Below, one piece after another: positions 16,523 through 26,099 of a stretch of 32,000 bases of DNA. The first letter of the stretch is position 1, and each line of letters starts with the position of its first letter. The stretch is from Candidatus Saccharimonadota bacterium (GTDB taxonomy: Bacteria; Pseudomonadota; Gammaproteobacteria; Enterobacterales; Enterobacteriaceae). The position numbers were made by a program, and so were the translations under genes. The notes under the pieces were generated by a model. That model made no database searches, was not told the origin of the DNA, and saw nothing but the letters and a program-made list of their open reading frames with translations. The DNA is taken from contig CP188088.1 in the NCBI GenBank assembly GCA_049942965.1, forward strand, positions 210,001 through 242,000, written 5' to 3'.

Positions 16523-17404
16523 TTACATATATTTTTCTTGAAATAAAGCTTTTATTCTAGTTTCTAATGGAGGATGAGATTGAAACAAGAAGGAAAAATT
16601 ATTTGATTTACCATTAATATAAGACGTAGAAATGAAATCTGATGTATTTAAAACTTGAGAATTTTTTATTTTTTGTAAAGCAGAAATCATATTTTCTTTT
16701 CCAACCATATTAGCAGATCCAGCATCTGCATAAAATTCTCTACGTCTAGAAAAACTGAATACTATTAAACTAGCTAACATACCAAATACAATTTCTAAAA
16801 AATTAGTAAATAAAAAAAACAAAAAAGGATGTTGATTTGTTTCTTCTAATTCATTTTCTTTTTTATTAGAAGAACTATTTAAAAGAAATTCTACAATAAT
16901 TTGAGAAATAAAAAAAACAAAAGTATTTATCACTCCTTGAATTAAAGTCATTGTAACCATATCACCACTTTTTATATGACTAATTTCATGTGCTAAAACT
17001 GCTTCTATTTCTTTAAAATTCATATTTTTTAATAAACCAGTAGAAACTGCTATTAATGAGGAATTCTTTCTATATCCAGTGGCAAAAGCATTCATTTCCA
17101 TAGATTCATAAATAGCAAGTTCAGGAGCTGTTATTTTAGCTTTTTTAGATAAATAGAAAACTTTATTCATTAACCAATTTTCAATTTCATTTCTTGGACG
17201 TCTAATAATTTTCCCTTCAACTGAACTTAATGCAATCCATTTAGACATTAACAGTGAAACAATTGAACCTAAAAACCCAAAAATTCCTGAAACAATAATT
17301 AAATCATATACATTGTTCGAATTAATGGGAGTAAAACTAAGAATTATAGAAAATAATAACATTACTGATAAATTAGTTAATAAAAAAAGGATAATTCTTT
17401 TCAT
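16523..17404 (-). CDS. htpX: Membrane zinc metalloprotease HtpX
   Basis: 293 aa, the same as E. coli. It begins MKRIILFLLTNLSVMLLF, carries the HEISHIKSGDMVTM zinc motif (HExxH), and ends SHPPLETRIKAL. Confidence 0.93.
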   Translation of the reverse strand: MKRIILFLLTNLSVMLLFSIILSFTPINSNNVYDLIIVSGIFGFLGSIVSLLMSKWIALSSVEGKIIRRPRNEIENWLMNKVFYLSKKAKITAPELAIYESMEMNAFATGYRKNSSLIAVSTGLLKNMNFKEIEAVLAHEISHIKSGDMVTMTLIQGVINTFVFFISQIIVEFLLNSSSNKKENELEETNQHPFLFFLFTNFLEIVFGMLASLIVFSFSRRREFYADAGSANMVGKENMISALQKIKNSQVLNTSDFISTSYINGKSNNFSFLFQSHPPLETRIKALFQEKYM

Positions 17405-17428
17405 ATATTTATTTCCTAAAAATATTTT

Positions 17429-17456
17429 TATGTAAAAAATATAAATGATTTTTAAG
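17429..17456 (-). promoter_or_regulatory. Candidate sigma32-like (heat-shock) promoter of htpX
   Basis: The minus strand reads CTTAAAA-N13-TTTACATA, compared with the consensus CTTGAAA-N13/14-CCCCATNT. The C-to-T replacements fit the AT bias. The predicted leader of about 18 nt contains the AGGAA SD (17417-17413) before ATG 17404. Confidence 0.25.
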
Positions 17457-17725
17457 TTTCTATCTAAATTCGTTTAAAAAAAAATATTGTATTTGAAATT
17501 CATAGATAATTTTTTTAGTTAATATTGAATGTTTTTAATTTAATTAAATAGATCAAATTTTTAATTATTTTAAAATTAATATTAATTTCAATCAATATTG
17601 ATCAAACAACACTAATGCTTGATCAATTTTTATTTTTTTAAATATTGTACTGTAAAACATCAAAAATTTTCAAAAAATAAAATATTTTTTTATTTAAATT
17701 TACACTTAAAATTATTTAATTCATG

Positions 17726-19192
17726 TTAATTCCAAGATCGACCATCTTTATTTATCATCTTTTCTGATGCAACTGGTCCCCAAGTACCTGCAGAATATAA
17801 TTCTGGCATAATTTCATTGTTTTCCCAAATTTCAATAATTGAATCGACCCATTTCCAAGCTTCTTCTACTTCATCTCTTCGAACGAATAAAGATTGAATA
17901 CCTTTCATACTTTCAAGTAATAATCTTTCATATGCGTCTATTATGTTATTTTTTTTAAAATTTTCTAAATAATTAAATTGCAGTTTCGAACTTACTAAAT
18001 GGTTGATAGATTTGTTTAAACCAGGAAACTTGTTTAAGATATGAATATCGATTCCTTCGTTTGGTTGCAATCTAATTGTTAATTTATTTTGATTTAAATT
18101 TGGCATAGATTTTTTAAAAATGTTTATTGGTAATTTTTTGAAAACAATGGATACTTCAGAACATTTTTTTTTCATTCTTTTTCCTGTTCTCAAATAAAAT
18201 GGTACTCCAAACCATCTCCAATTATCTATATTAACTTTAATTGCTACAAAGGTTTCTGTATTACTATCTTGATTAGATCCTTGTTCATTTATGTAAGAAG
18301 GAACATATTTTCCTTTAATGAATCCAGATGAATATTGTCCTCGAATAGTTTTGTTTTTTATATTTTTAGCATTGATTGGACGCAAAGATTTTAATACTTT
18401 TACTTTTTCGTCTCTTATGCTATCAGTACAAAAGTTTATAGGAGGAGACATTGCAATGATACTTAAAATTTGTAATAAATGGTTTTGTACCATGTCTCTC
18501 ATTTGTCCGGTTTTATCAAAATAGTCCCATCTTCCTTCGATTCCTATTTCTTCTGCAACTGTAATTTGAACATGATCAATGGTTTTATTACTCCAATTAT
18601 TATAAAAAATAGAATTTGCAAATCTAAGATATAATAAATTTAATACTGTTTCTTTTCCTAAATAATGATCTATTCTAAAAATTTGCGATTCATTAAAATA
18701 TTTGCCAATTTGATTATTTATTTCTTGTGAGGTCTTTAACGAAGTTCCAATTGGTTTTTCTATAATTATTCTTGAAGTTGGTTTATTTAACTTAGCTAAA
18801 CCTAATCCTTGACAAATAACTCCATAAATGTTTGGAGGTACTGCAAAATAATTTATTGTTATTCTGTTTTTTTGATCTATAAAAAACTGTAATTTTAAAA
18901 ATTTTTCTGTTTGGTTGACGTCTAAATTACAAAATTTAAGTCTATTGCATAATTTTTTCCAAATTGTTTCATTTATTTTTTCTTTCATAAAAATTTCAAG
19001 TGATTTTCGTACTATTTTTTTATATTCTAATTCATTCCAGTCAGCTCTACCAACACCTATTATTTTTGTGTTTAAATCTAGTTTTTTGTTTTTTTCTAAA
19101 TGATAAAGAGAAGGCATTAATTTTCTTTTTGCTAAATCTCCTTTTGCCCCAAAAATAATTATATCACATCCATTTTTTAAGTTTTTTGACAT
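17726..19192 (-). CDS. zwf: Glucose-6-phosphate 1-dehydrogenase
   Basis: 488 aa (E. coli 491). It has the NADP-binding block CDIIIFGAKGDLAKRKLMPSLY, the active-site motif RIDHYLGKE, then MRDMVQNHLLQ and YSAGTWGP. Confidence 0.96.
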   Translation of the reverse strand: MSKNLKNGCDIIIFGAKGDLAKRKLMPSLYHLEKNKKLDLNTKIIGVGRADWNELEYKKIVRKSLEIFMKEKINETIWKKLCNRLKFCNLDVNQTEKFLKLQFFIDQKNRITINYFAVPPNIYGVICQGLGLAKLNKPTSRIIIEKPIGTSLKTSQEINNQIGKYFNESQIFRIDHYLGKETVLNLLYLRFANSIFYNNWSNKTIDHVQITVAEEIGIEGRWDYFDKTGQMRDMVQNHLLQILSIIAMSPPINFCTDSIRDEKVKVLKSLRPINAKNIKNKTIRGQYSSGFIKGKYVPSYINEQGSNQDSNTETFVAIKVNIDNWRWFGVPFYLRTGKRMKKKCSEVSIVFKKLPINIFKKSMPNLNQNKLTIRLQPNEGIDIHILNKFPGLNKSINHLVSSKLQFNYLENFKKNNIIDAYERLLLESMKGIQSLFVRRDEVEEAWKWVDSIIEIWENNEIMPELYSAGTWGPVASEKMINKDGRSWN

Positions 19193-19604
19193 TTTTTAAT
19201 AACCTTCATTATATTTCAAATAAAAAAATGTTTATAATATTTGAATAATTAATAACTTTAAAAAAAATCTTTAATTTTTTAACTTAGTTAAATAAATATT
19301 ACTATTAATTCTTTGATAAAAAAAACTGTTAGTCAAATTTTAAAACTACTATAAACAAAAAAATTGTTCATTTTTATTAATTGTTTAATTTTATATTATT
19401 AAGAAAAGGAATCAAAATGCTTTCCTTAATTATAATTTTTAATACTGAATAAATAAGTTAATTATTTCAAATTTTTATGAGAGAATTCACAATAAATGAA
19501 CATACTAGTTTAATAAATGTCTATTATTGATAATAATTTATATTATACTTTTATCATGTTTAAAGAAAATAAATTATTTTATGGTTTTCAAATAGGAGAA
19601 AATT

Positions 19605-21047
19605 ATGTTAAAACGACTTAGAAGAACTAAAATAGTTGTAACTTTAGGTCCTTCTACAGATAAAAATGATAATTTAGAAAAAATTATTAAATCAGGAGCT
19701 AATGTATTAAGATTAAATTTTTCTCATGGAACTAGTGAAGAACATATACTTCGAGCAAAAAAAGTTTCTGAAATTATGAATAGATTAAAATGTCATGTAG
19801 CTTTACTTGGAGATTTACAAGGTCCAAAAATTAGAATTTTAAGTTTTAATTCAGAAAAAGTTATTTTAAATCCTGGAGAACAATTTGTATTAGATACTAA
19901 TTTAGGTTTTAATGAAGGTGACAAAAACAAAGTTGGAGTTGATTATAAATCATTGCCATTAGATGTTAATTATAAAGATATATTGCTATTAGATGATGGT
20001 CGAATACAATTAAAAGTATTGAAATCAACAAAAGACAAAATTTATACAACAGTGATAATTGGGGGAATTTTATCTAAAAACAAAGGAATAAATAAATTAG
20101 GTGGTGGACTTTCAGCTAAATCATTAACTAATAAAGATAAAAGAGACATTTGTTTAGCTGCAAAAATAGGAGTTGATTACTTAGCTATATCTTTTCCTAG
20201 ATCAGCAAAAGATATTCACGAAGCTAGAAGATTAGTTGAAAAAACTGGTAGTTATGCAAAAATTGTTGCAAAAATAGAACGTGCAGAAGCAGTTGCTACA
20301 GAAAAGGATATAGAAAAAATAATTTTAGCATCAGATGCAATTATGGTAGCACGAGGAGATCTTGGGGTTGAAATAGGAGATCCTGAATTAGTTGGAGTGC
20401 AAAAAACTCTTATTAGAAAAGCTAGACAACTAAACAGAGTTGTGATTACAGCTACTCAGATGATGGAATCTATGATTTTTCAGCCATTACCAACTAGAGC
20501 AGAAGTAATGGATGTAGCTAATGCTGTTTTAGATGGAACTGATGCTGTTATGTTATCTGCTGAAACAGCAACTGGAAATTATCCAATTGAAACAGTTGCT
20601 ATAATGTCTAAAGTTTGTAAGGGTGCAGAAACTGTTCCTAGCATAAATGTTTCTAGACATCGATTAGATATTCAGTTTAGTAGTATAGAAGAGGCTATTT
20701 CTATGTCAGCAATGTATTCTGCAAATCATTTAAAAGGAGTTGCTGCAATAATTACTATGACTGAATCAGGTAGAACAGCTTTAATGACTTCTAGAATTAC
20801 TTCTGGTCTTCCAATTTTTGCAATGTCTCGTCATCAAAATACATTAAAGCTATCAGCTTTATATAGAGGTGTTACACCTATATATTTTAATAGTCATAAA
20901 GAAGGAGTATCTGCAGCTACAGAAGCTGTTTCTTTACTGAAAGAAAAAAAATTTTTAATTCGGGGAGAAATAGTTATCATTACTCAAGGAGATATTATGA
21001 GTGCTATAGGAAAAACTAATACAATTCGAATTTTAGTAGTTGAATAA
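19605..21047 (+). CDS. pykA: Pyruvate kinase II (AMP-activated type)
   Basis: 480 aa, the same as E. coli PykA. It begins [14 protein letters not shown] and contains [19 protein letters not shown] and [40 protein letters not shown]. An AGGAG Shine-Dalgarno lies at 19594-19598. Confidence 0.96.
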   Translation: MLKRLRRTKIVVTLGPSTDKNDNLEKIIKSGANVLRLNFSHGTSEEHILRAKKVSEIMNRLKCHVALLGDLQGPKIRILSFNSEKVILNPGEQFVLDTNLGFNEGDKNKVGVDYKSLPLDVNYKDILLLDDGRIQLKVLKSTKDKIYTTVIIGGILSKNKGINKLGGGLSAKSLTNKDKRDICLAAKIGVDYLAISFPRSAKDIHEARRLVEKTGSYAKIVAKIERAEAVATEKDIEKIILASDAIMVARGDLGVEIGDPELVGVQKTLIRKARQLNRVVITATQMMESMIFQPLPTRAEVMDVANAVLDGTDAVMLSAETATGNYPIETVAIMSKVCKGAETVPSINVSRHRLDIQFSSIEEAISMSAMYSANHLKGVAAIITMTESGRTALMTSRITSGLPIFAMSRHQNTLKLSALYRGVTPIYFNSHKEGVSAATEAVSLLKEKKFLIRGEIVIITQGDIMSAIGKTNTIRILVVE

Positions 21048-21082
21048 TAATTTAAAATTATTAAAACAAATACATTTTTTTA

Positions 21083-21823
21083 ATGAATAAATTTATGCAT
21101 TTATATAAAATGAAAACTTTAATTAATATAAAAAATATTTATGTTGAAATTAATAATAAATCAATATTATCGAACATTTCTTTCTCAATAAATTCTAATA
21201 AAATTATTACTGTAATTGGTCCAAATGGAGCAGGTAAATCTACGCTTATAAGAACAATTCTGGGTTTAGTTAAACCTAGTTTTGGAACTATAACATTTTT
21301 GAAATCAGTTCGTATAGGGTATGTTCCCCAAAAATTGTATTTTAAAGTCCCTGTTCCAATTACGGTAAGTCGTTTTATGAAGTTATTTAAATCTTCACAT
21401 TGTTTAAATTCTAATTTAATTTTGGAAAAATTTAAAATAAGTAATTTGAATAACTGTTTAATACAAGAATTGTCTGGAGGAGAATTACAAAAAGTATTAT
21501 TAGCCAGATCTCTATTAAACAATCCTAATTGTTTAATATTAGATGAACCAACTCAAGGTTTAGATGTTAGTGGACAAATTTTTTTGTATCATATAATTAA
21601 TAAAATAAAAATGAAACTAAAATGTTCGATTTTAATGATTTCACATGATTTAAATTTAGTTATGGCCAAAACTGATGAAGTAATTTGTTTAAATAATCAT
21701 GTTTGTTGTTCAGGAACTCCAGATGTAGTATCTAAAAACAAACATTTTATTTCTATGTTTGGAAAAATTCGTAGTAAAGAAATTGCTTTATATAAACATG
21801 AACACCATCATACTCATTTATAA
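21083..21823 (+). CDS. znuC: Zinc ABC importer ATPase ZnuC
   Basis: It has Walker A GPNGAGKSTL, the signature LSGGELQKVLLARSLL, Walker B LILDEPTQGLD, then MISHDLNLVMAKTDEVICLN.HVCCSGTP and a His-rich tail (HEHHHTH), as in E. coli ZnuC. ATG 21110 is an alternative start. Confidence 0.9.
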   Translation: MNKFMHLYKMKTLINIKNIYVEINNKSILSNISFSINSNKIITVIGPNGAGKSTLIRTILGLVKPSFGTITFLKSVRIGYVPQKLYFKVPVPITVSRFMKLFKSSHCLNSNLILEKFKISNLNNCLIQELSGGELQKVLLARSLLNNPNCLILDEPTQGLDVSGQIFLYHIINKIKMKLKCSILMISHDLNLVMAKTDEVICLNNHVCCSGTPDVVSKNKHFISMFGKIRSKEIALYKHEHHHTHL

Positions 21824-21889
21824 AAAATTTTTAAAATAAAACTAAAAACAATATTTTTAAAATAAAGTTAAAAAAGGAAATTTTTAATA

Positions 21890-22696
21890 ATGATATTTTC
21901 ATTTTTTCCTAGTTGGTTAGCAGGTTTGTTTTTATCTTTTTTAACAGCTCCAATAGGTTCTTTTATAATTTGGAGAAGAATGTCTTGTTTTGGAGATACT
22001 TTATCTCATTCTTCTCTTTTAGGTTTTGCCATAAGTATTTTATTTCATATAAATCCATTATTAGTATTATTGATATTTATATTTTCTTTGTCTCTAATTT
22101 CAACTTTATTAGAACATGATTCAAATCTTTCTTTAGATGTTATTTTTTCTATAATGTCATATATTTTTCTTTCTTTAGGATTACTAATTATTAGTATTAT
22201 TCCAAATGAAAAAAAAATTAGCATTAATGATTATTTTTTTGGAAATATTTTATGCGTGTCGTTTTATGACCTATTTTTTTTGTTCTTAAGCGTATGTTTT
22301 TTACTTATTATATTAATTTATAATTGGAAATCAATATTATTAGTTACTATAGATCCTGAATTAGCTAAAGTAGATGGGATAAACATATTTAAAAATCGAT
22401 TTATTTTAATATTTATAACAGGAATGACAATAGCAATATCAATTAAGTTTGTAGGAGTTTTAATTATAACTTCATTATTAGTAATTCCAGCTTCTACTTC
22501 TCAAAAATTTTCTAGATCTCCAGAAAAAATGATTTTTATTTCCATCTTAATTAGTATCTTCTCAACTACCATGGGATTATTTATTTCAATTTACTATGAT
22601 ATTCCAACTAGTCCAACCATAGTTCTTTGCGAATCTCTCGTGTTTTTATTAAGTCGATTTATAAAAATAAATAATAGAAATGTTTTTTTAAAATAA
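21890..22696 (+). CDS. znuB: Zinc ABC importer permease ZnuB
   Basis: 268 aa. FPSWLAGLFLSFLTAPIGSFIIWRRMSCFGDTLSHSSLLG aligns with E. coli [40 protein letters not shown]. It directly follows znuC. Confidence 0.92.
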   Translation: MIFSFFPSWLAGLFLSFLTAPIGSFIIWRRMSCFGDTLSHSSLLGFAISILFHINPLLVLLIFIFSLSLISTLLEHDSNLSLDVIFSIMSYIFLSLGLLIISIIPNEKKISINDYFFGNILCVSFYDLFFLFLSVCFLLIILIYNWKSILLVTIDPELAKVDGINIFKNRFILIFITGMTIAISIKFVGVLIITSLLVIPASTSQKFSRSPEKMIFISILISIFSTTMGLFISIYYDIPTSPTIVLCESLVFLLSRFIKINNRNVFLK

Positions 22697-22773
22697 TTCT
22701 GTCAATGATTTTTAAAAAAATTTTATATATTTTTCATTAGTTGGTATATTTTTTTTTTAAAACGTTTTAATTA

Positions 22774-24525
22774 TCATGAACAAATTTCTTTTTTTAAAAT
22801 TTTACTAATATAATTAGGAGAATCAGTCATTGGACAAATGGCAGAAGTGGTTTTTGGGAAAGCAATAGTATCTCTAATGCTACTAGAATTAGTAAGTAAC
22901 ATAATTATTCTATCTAATCCTAATGCAATTCCTGCATGTATTGGAGTACCATACTTAAATGCTTCTAAAAAGAATCCAAATTTTTTTAATTGTTCTTTTT
23001 CTGACATTCCAATTAAATTAAAGATAATTTTTTGTACTTCGAAATTATGATTTCTAACAGATCCTCCTGCTATTTCATATCCATTAATTACTAAATCATA
23101 AGATTTAGATATTATTTTATCTGGTTCACTTTTCATTTGTTCTATATTAGAACATTTAGGTTGAGTAAATGGATGATGCAAACAACAAAATTTTCCATTT
23201 TTTTCTTTTTTAAACATTGGAAAATCAGTTATCCAAATAGGATAAAATATTTCTGGATTTATTAAGTTTAACTTTTTTCCTATTTTTGTTTTAAATCTAT
23301 TTAGTACATTATTTACTATTTTTGTAACACCAATAAAAATTATAATTAAATCTTTAGGTTTTGCATTAACTTTTTTTATAATTTTGGAAATTATTTGTTT
23401 GTTTATATCTAATGAATTATTTAAATCATAGTTTACCAACGATTTTTTTTCATTAACCAATATTGTTATTAATTCATAGTATCCATATTTTTTTTCACTT
23501 TCTTTTTTTAAAGTTTTAATTTTATTTTCTTTTAAAACAATTCCATTTGGAATACAAATAGCAGCAATTCTTATTTTTTCCGTAGATTGAACATTTTTCT
23601 TTATAACATCTATATGTTTAATTTCTTTTAACATGTCTTTTAAATCAAATAATTTTATTGGGTTTCGAAGATCTGGCTTATCTGTTCCATAATTTTGCAT
23701 AGCTTTTTTAAAGCTAATTTTTTTTATTTTATTAAAAGTAACATTTTTTATTTTTAACCATATGAAAGATATAAGATTTTCTACGATTTTTTGTATTTTT
23801 TCTTCGTTTACAAAAGCGGCTTCAATATCAACTTGGGAAAACTCTGGTTGTCTATCAGAACGTAAATCTTCATCTCTAAAGCATTTTGTTATTTGATAAT
23901 ATTTATCGATTCCAGAAATCATAAGCAGTTGTTTGAATAGTTGTGGTGATTGAGATAATGCATAAAATTTTTTTTTATGTATTCTGCTTGGTATCAAGTA
24001 ATTTCTTGCTCCTTCTGGAGTAACTTTTGTAAGAATTGGAGTTTCAATTTGAATAAATTTATTTGATTGCATGAATTTATGAATAAGAAGAACTGTTTGA
24101 CTTCGTATTTTTAATTTTTTAAATAATTCTGATTTTCTTAACGCTAAATATCTATATTTTAAAAAAATGTCTTCTGAATTGGTTGTATGATTATCTATTG
24201 GAATTGGTTCAGATACGTTAATTATGGTTAATTTCTTGGCAATTATTTCAATTGATCCAGTTTTTATTAATTTATTTTCATTTTTTAAATTTCTTTTTTT
24301 TACAATTCCAGAAATTTTTATGCAAAATTCATTTTTTAATTTTTTCGCTTGCTGAAATAGTTTTTTATCTTTTTTTAAAAAAGTTATTTGAACTATTCCA
24401 CTCCAATCTCTCATGTTTAGAAAAAGTATTTTGCTTAAATTTCTATGACTATGAACCCATCCACATAAATTTACCAATTCATTTATATTAGTTTCGTTTA
24501 ATTCACCACAATAATGAGTTCGCAT
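22774..24525 (-). CDS. aspS: Aspartyl-tRNA synthetase
   Basis: 583 aa (E. coli 590). MRTHYCGELN...LCGWVHSHRNL aligns with E. coli MRTEYCGQLR...LCGWVNRRRDL. It also has QSPQLFKQLLM, FRDEDLRSDRQPEFSQVD and class II motif 3 (GIALGLDRIIMLL). Confidence 0.97.
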   Translation of the reverse strand: MRTHYCGELNETNINELVNLCGWVHSHRNLSKILFLNMRDWSGIVQITFLKKDKKLFQQAKKLKNEFCIKISGIVKKRNLKNENKLIKTGSIEIIAKKLTIINVSEPIPIDNHTTNSEDIFLKYRYLALRKSELFKKLKIRSQTVLLIHKFMQSNKFIQIETPILTKVTPEGARNYLIPSRIHKKKFYALSQSPQLFKQLLMISGIDKYYQITKCFRDEDLRSDRQPEFSQVDIEAAFVNEEKIQKIVENLISFIWLKIKNVTFNKIKKISFKKAMQNYGTDKPDLRNPIKLFDLKDMLKEIKHIDVIKKNVQSTEKIRIAAICIPNGIVLKENKIKTLKKESEKKYGYYELITILVNEKKSLVNYDLNNSLDINKQIISKIIKKVNAKPKDLIIIFIGVTKIVNNVLNRFKTKIGKKLNLINPEIFYPIWITDFPMFKKEKNGKFCCLHHPFTQPKCSNIEQMKSEPDKIISKSYDLVINGYEIAGGSVRNHNFEVQKIIFNLIGMSEKEQLKKFGFFLEAFKYGTPIHAGIALGLDRIIMLLTNSSSIRDTIAFPKTTSAICPMTDSPNYISKILKKEICS

Positions 24526-24586
24526 AAATATTTATACCTAGTTTAATTTCTTGAAAACATAAAATTTGTTTAAAAAAAATTTATTT

Positions 24587-24805
24587 TTATCTACTACGAA
24601 ATATAATTCTGCCTTTATTTAAGTCATAAGCAGTTAATTCTACAGTTACTTTATCTCCAGTTAAAATTCTAATATAGTTTTTTCTCATTTTTCCAGAAAT
24701 ATGAGCAATTACATTATGTCCATTTTCTAATTTAACTTTAAATGTAGTATTAGGTAATGTATCTATTATTATACCTTGCATTTCTATACTTTTTTCTTTA
24801 GGCAT
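24587..24805 (-). CDS. infA: Translation initiation factor IF-1
   Basis: 72 aa. [66 protein letters not shown] is near-identical to E. coli IF-1. Confidence 0.98.
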   Translation of the reverse strand: MPKEKSIEMQGIIIDTLPNTTFKVKLENGHNVIAHISGKMRKNYIRILTGDKVTVELTAYDLNKGRIIFRSR

Positions 24806-24850
24806 GTTTTTCTCAATATTTTTAATATTTTATGTTTAAAATAAAGAATT

Positions 24851-25810
24851 TTATATTAGTTTATTTTTTTCCAGATATTCTTTAGCATCTAAAGCTGCCA
24901 TACATCCGGTTGCAGCAGCTGTAATAGCTTGTTTATAACAATTATCAATAACATCTCCAGCTGCAAATATTCCAGATATATTAGTTTGAGTAGAGTTTTT
25001 TGTTAAAATTTTTTGTACTGTAATATATCCTTTTTTTGTTTCTAATTGATTAAAAAATATCTTTGTATTTGGAGTATGACCAATAGCTATGAATAGACCT
25101 GAAATTTTAATTTCTGAATAAATATTTTTATGGTTTTTTATTTTTATTCCAGAAACACAATTTTTTTTTCCAAGAATTTCACAAATAATACTATTTTTAT
25201 GAAAGATAACTTTTTTAGATTCTATTTTTTTATGCAATCGATTTATTAAAATTTTTTCTGCTTTGAAATTTTCTCTCCGATGTATCAAATGTATTTTTGA
25301 TGCAATATCAGAAAGATATAAAACTTCTTCAATAGCTGTATTTCCACCACCTACTACTGCTATGGTTTTATTTTTATAAAATATTCCATCACAAGTAGCA
25401 CAAGATGAAATACCTTTTCCTATGTATTCTTTTTCCGATCTTAATCCTAAGTATTTTGCATAGGAACCAGTAGCTATAATAACTGCATTAGAGATATATA
25501 TATTTTCTTCGCCAAATAGATAAAAAGGTTTTTTTTTAAAATTTACTTTTTCAATAGTGTCAAAAATAATTTTTGTTTTTAATTTTTTACTATGTTTATT
25601 CATTCTTTCCATTAATTGAATACCAGTAATTTTTTTATAATCTCCTGGCCAATTTTCAACTAGATTTGTAGTAATTAGTTGTCCTCCTAACATAGAACCA
25701 GTTATTAGAATTGGATTTAAATTAGCTCTAGCTGCATAGATAGCGGCGGTATATCCAGACGGACCAGATCCTAAAATTAATAAATTACTTTTAATTATTT
25801 TTCTTTTCAT
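24851..25810 (-). CDS. trxB: Thioredoxin reductase (start moved to ATG 25810)
   Basis: LLILGSGPSGYTAAIYAARANL (FAD site), the redox-active CATCDG, GGGNTAIEE (NADPH site) and IFAAGDV are present. The track start is GTG 25831. ATG 25810 (MKRKIIKSNLLILG) fits the E. coli N-terminus length. Confidence 0.95.
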   Translation of the reverse strand: MKRKIIKSNLLILGSGPSGYTAAIYAARANLNPILITGSMLGGQLITTNLVENWPGDYKKITGIQLMERMNKHSKKLKTKIIFDTIEKVNFKKKPFYLFGEENIYISNAVIIATGSYAKYLGLRSEKEYIGKGISSCATCDGIFYKNKTIAVVGGGNTAIEEVLYLSDIASKIHLIHRRENFKAEKILINRLHKKIESKKVIFHKNSIICEILGKKNCVSGIKIKNHKNIYSEIKISGLFIAIGHTPNTKIFFNQLETKKGYITVQKILTKNSTQTNISGIFAAGDVIDNCYKQAITAAATGCMAALDAKEYLEKNKLI

Positions 25811-25877
25811 AAATTTTTTAATACATATCACACTTTAAATAAGTTCTTATTAAGCTAATAAAATTAATTTAACTAAT

Positions 25878-25912
25878 AAAAAAAATATTATCTTTAAAAA
25901 AAAATATTATCT
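25878..25912. repeat. Near-tandem direct repeat (period about 19 bp)
   Basis: AAAAAAAATATTATCT occurs at 25878-25893 and 25897-25912, in the trxB/serS divergent spacer. Confidence 0.8.
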
Positions 25913-26099
25913 AAAAAAAATTAAATATAACATTTTTACAAAAAAAAAAAGAATAGAATTATTTAAATATATTTAATGTTTTCATAAATTGTTATGTTTA
26001 TTTTTTTTGTAGAATATTATTATTAAATTATTAGAGAAAAATTCAAAAAATTTGTATAATTTTACATAATTAAATAATTTTGAAGTATAACCTATTACT

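Noticed and set aside
19477-19530. 17-codon ORF (MREFTINEHTSLINVYY) upstream of pykA as a leader peptide
   Set aside because: It has no SD, there is no known leader-peptide control of pykA, and short ATG frames are expected by chance.
19540-19570. Weak resemblance of TCATGTTTAAA to the XerD arm of dif (TTATGTTAAAT)
   Set aside because: The corresponding XerC arm and central region do not match. It sits in a promoter spacer, and the similarity is at chance level for A/T-rich DNA.
22757-22770. 14-bp palindrome TTAAAACGTTTTAA between convergent znuB and aspS as a bidirectional terminator
   Set aside because: After allowing a loop, the effective stem is only about 5 bp, with at most one G-C pair. 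It is too weak to call.
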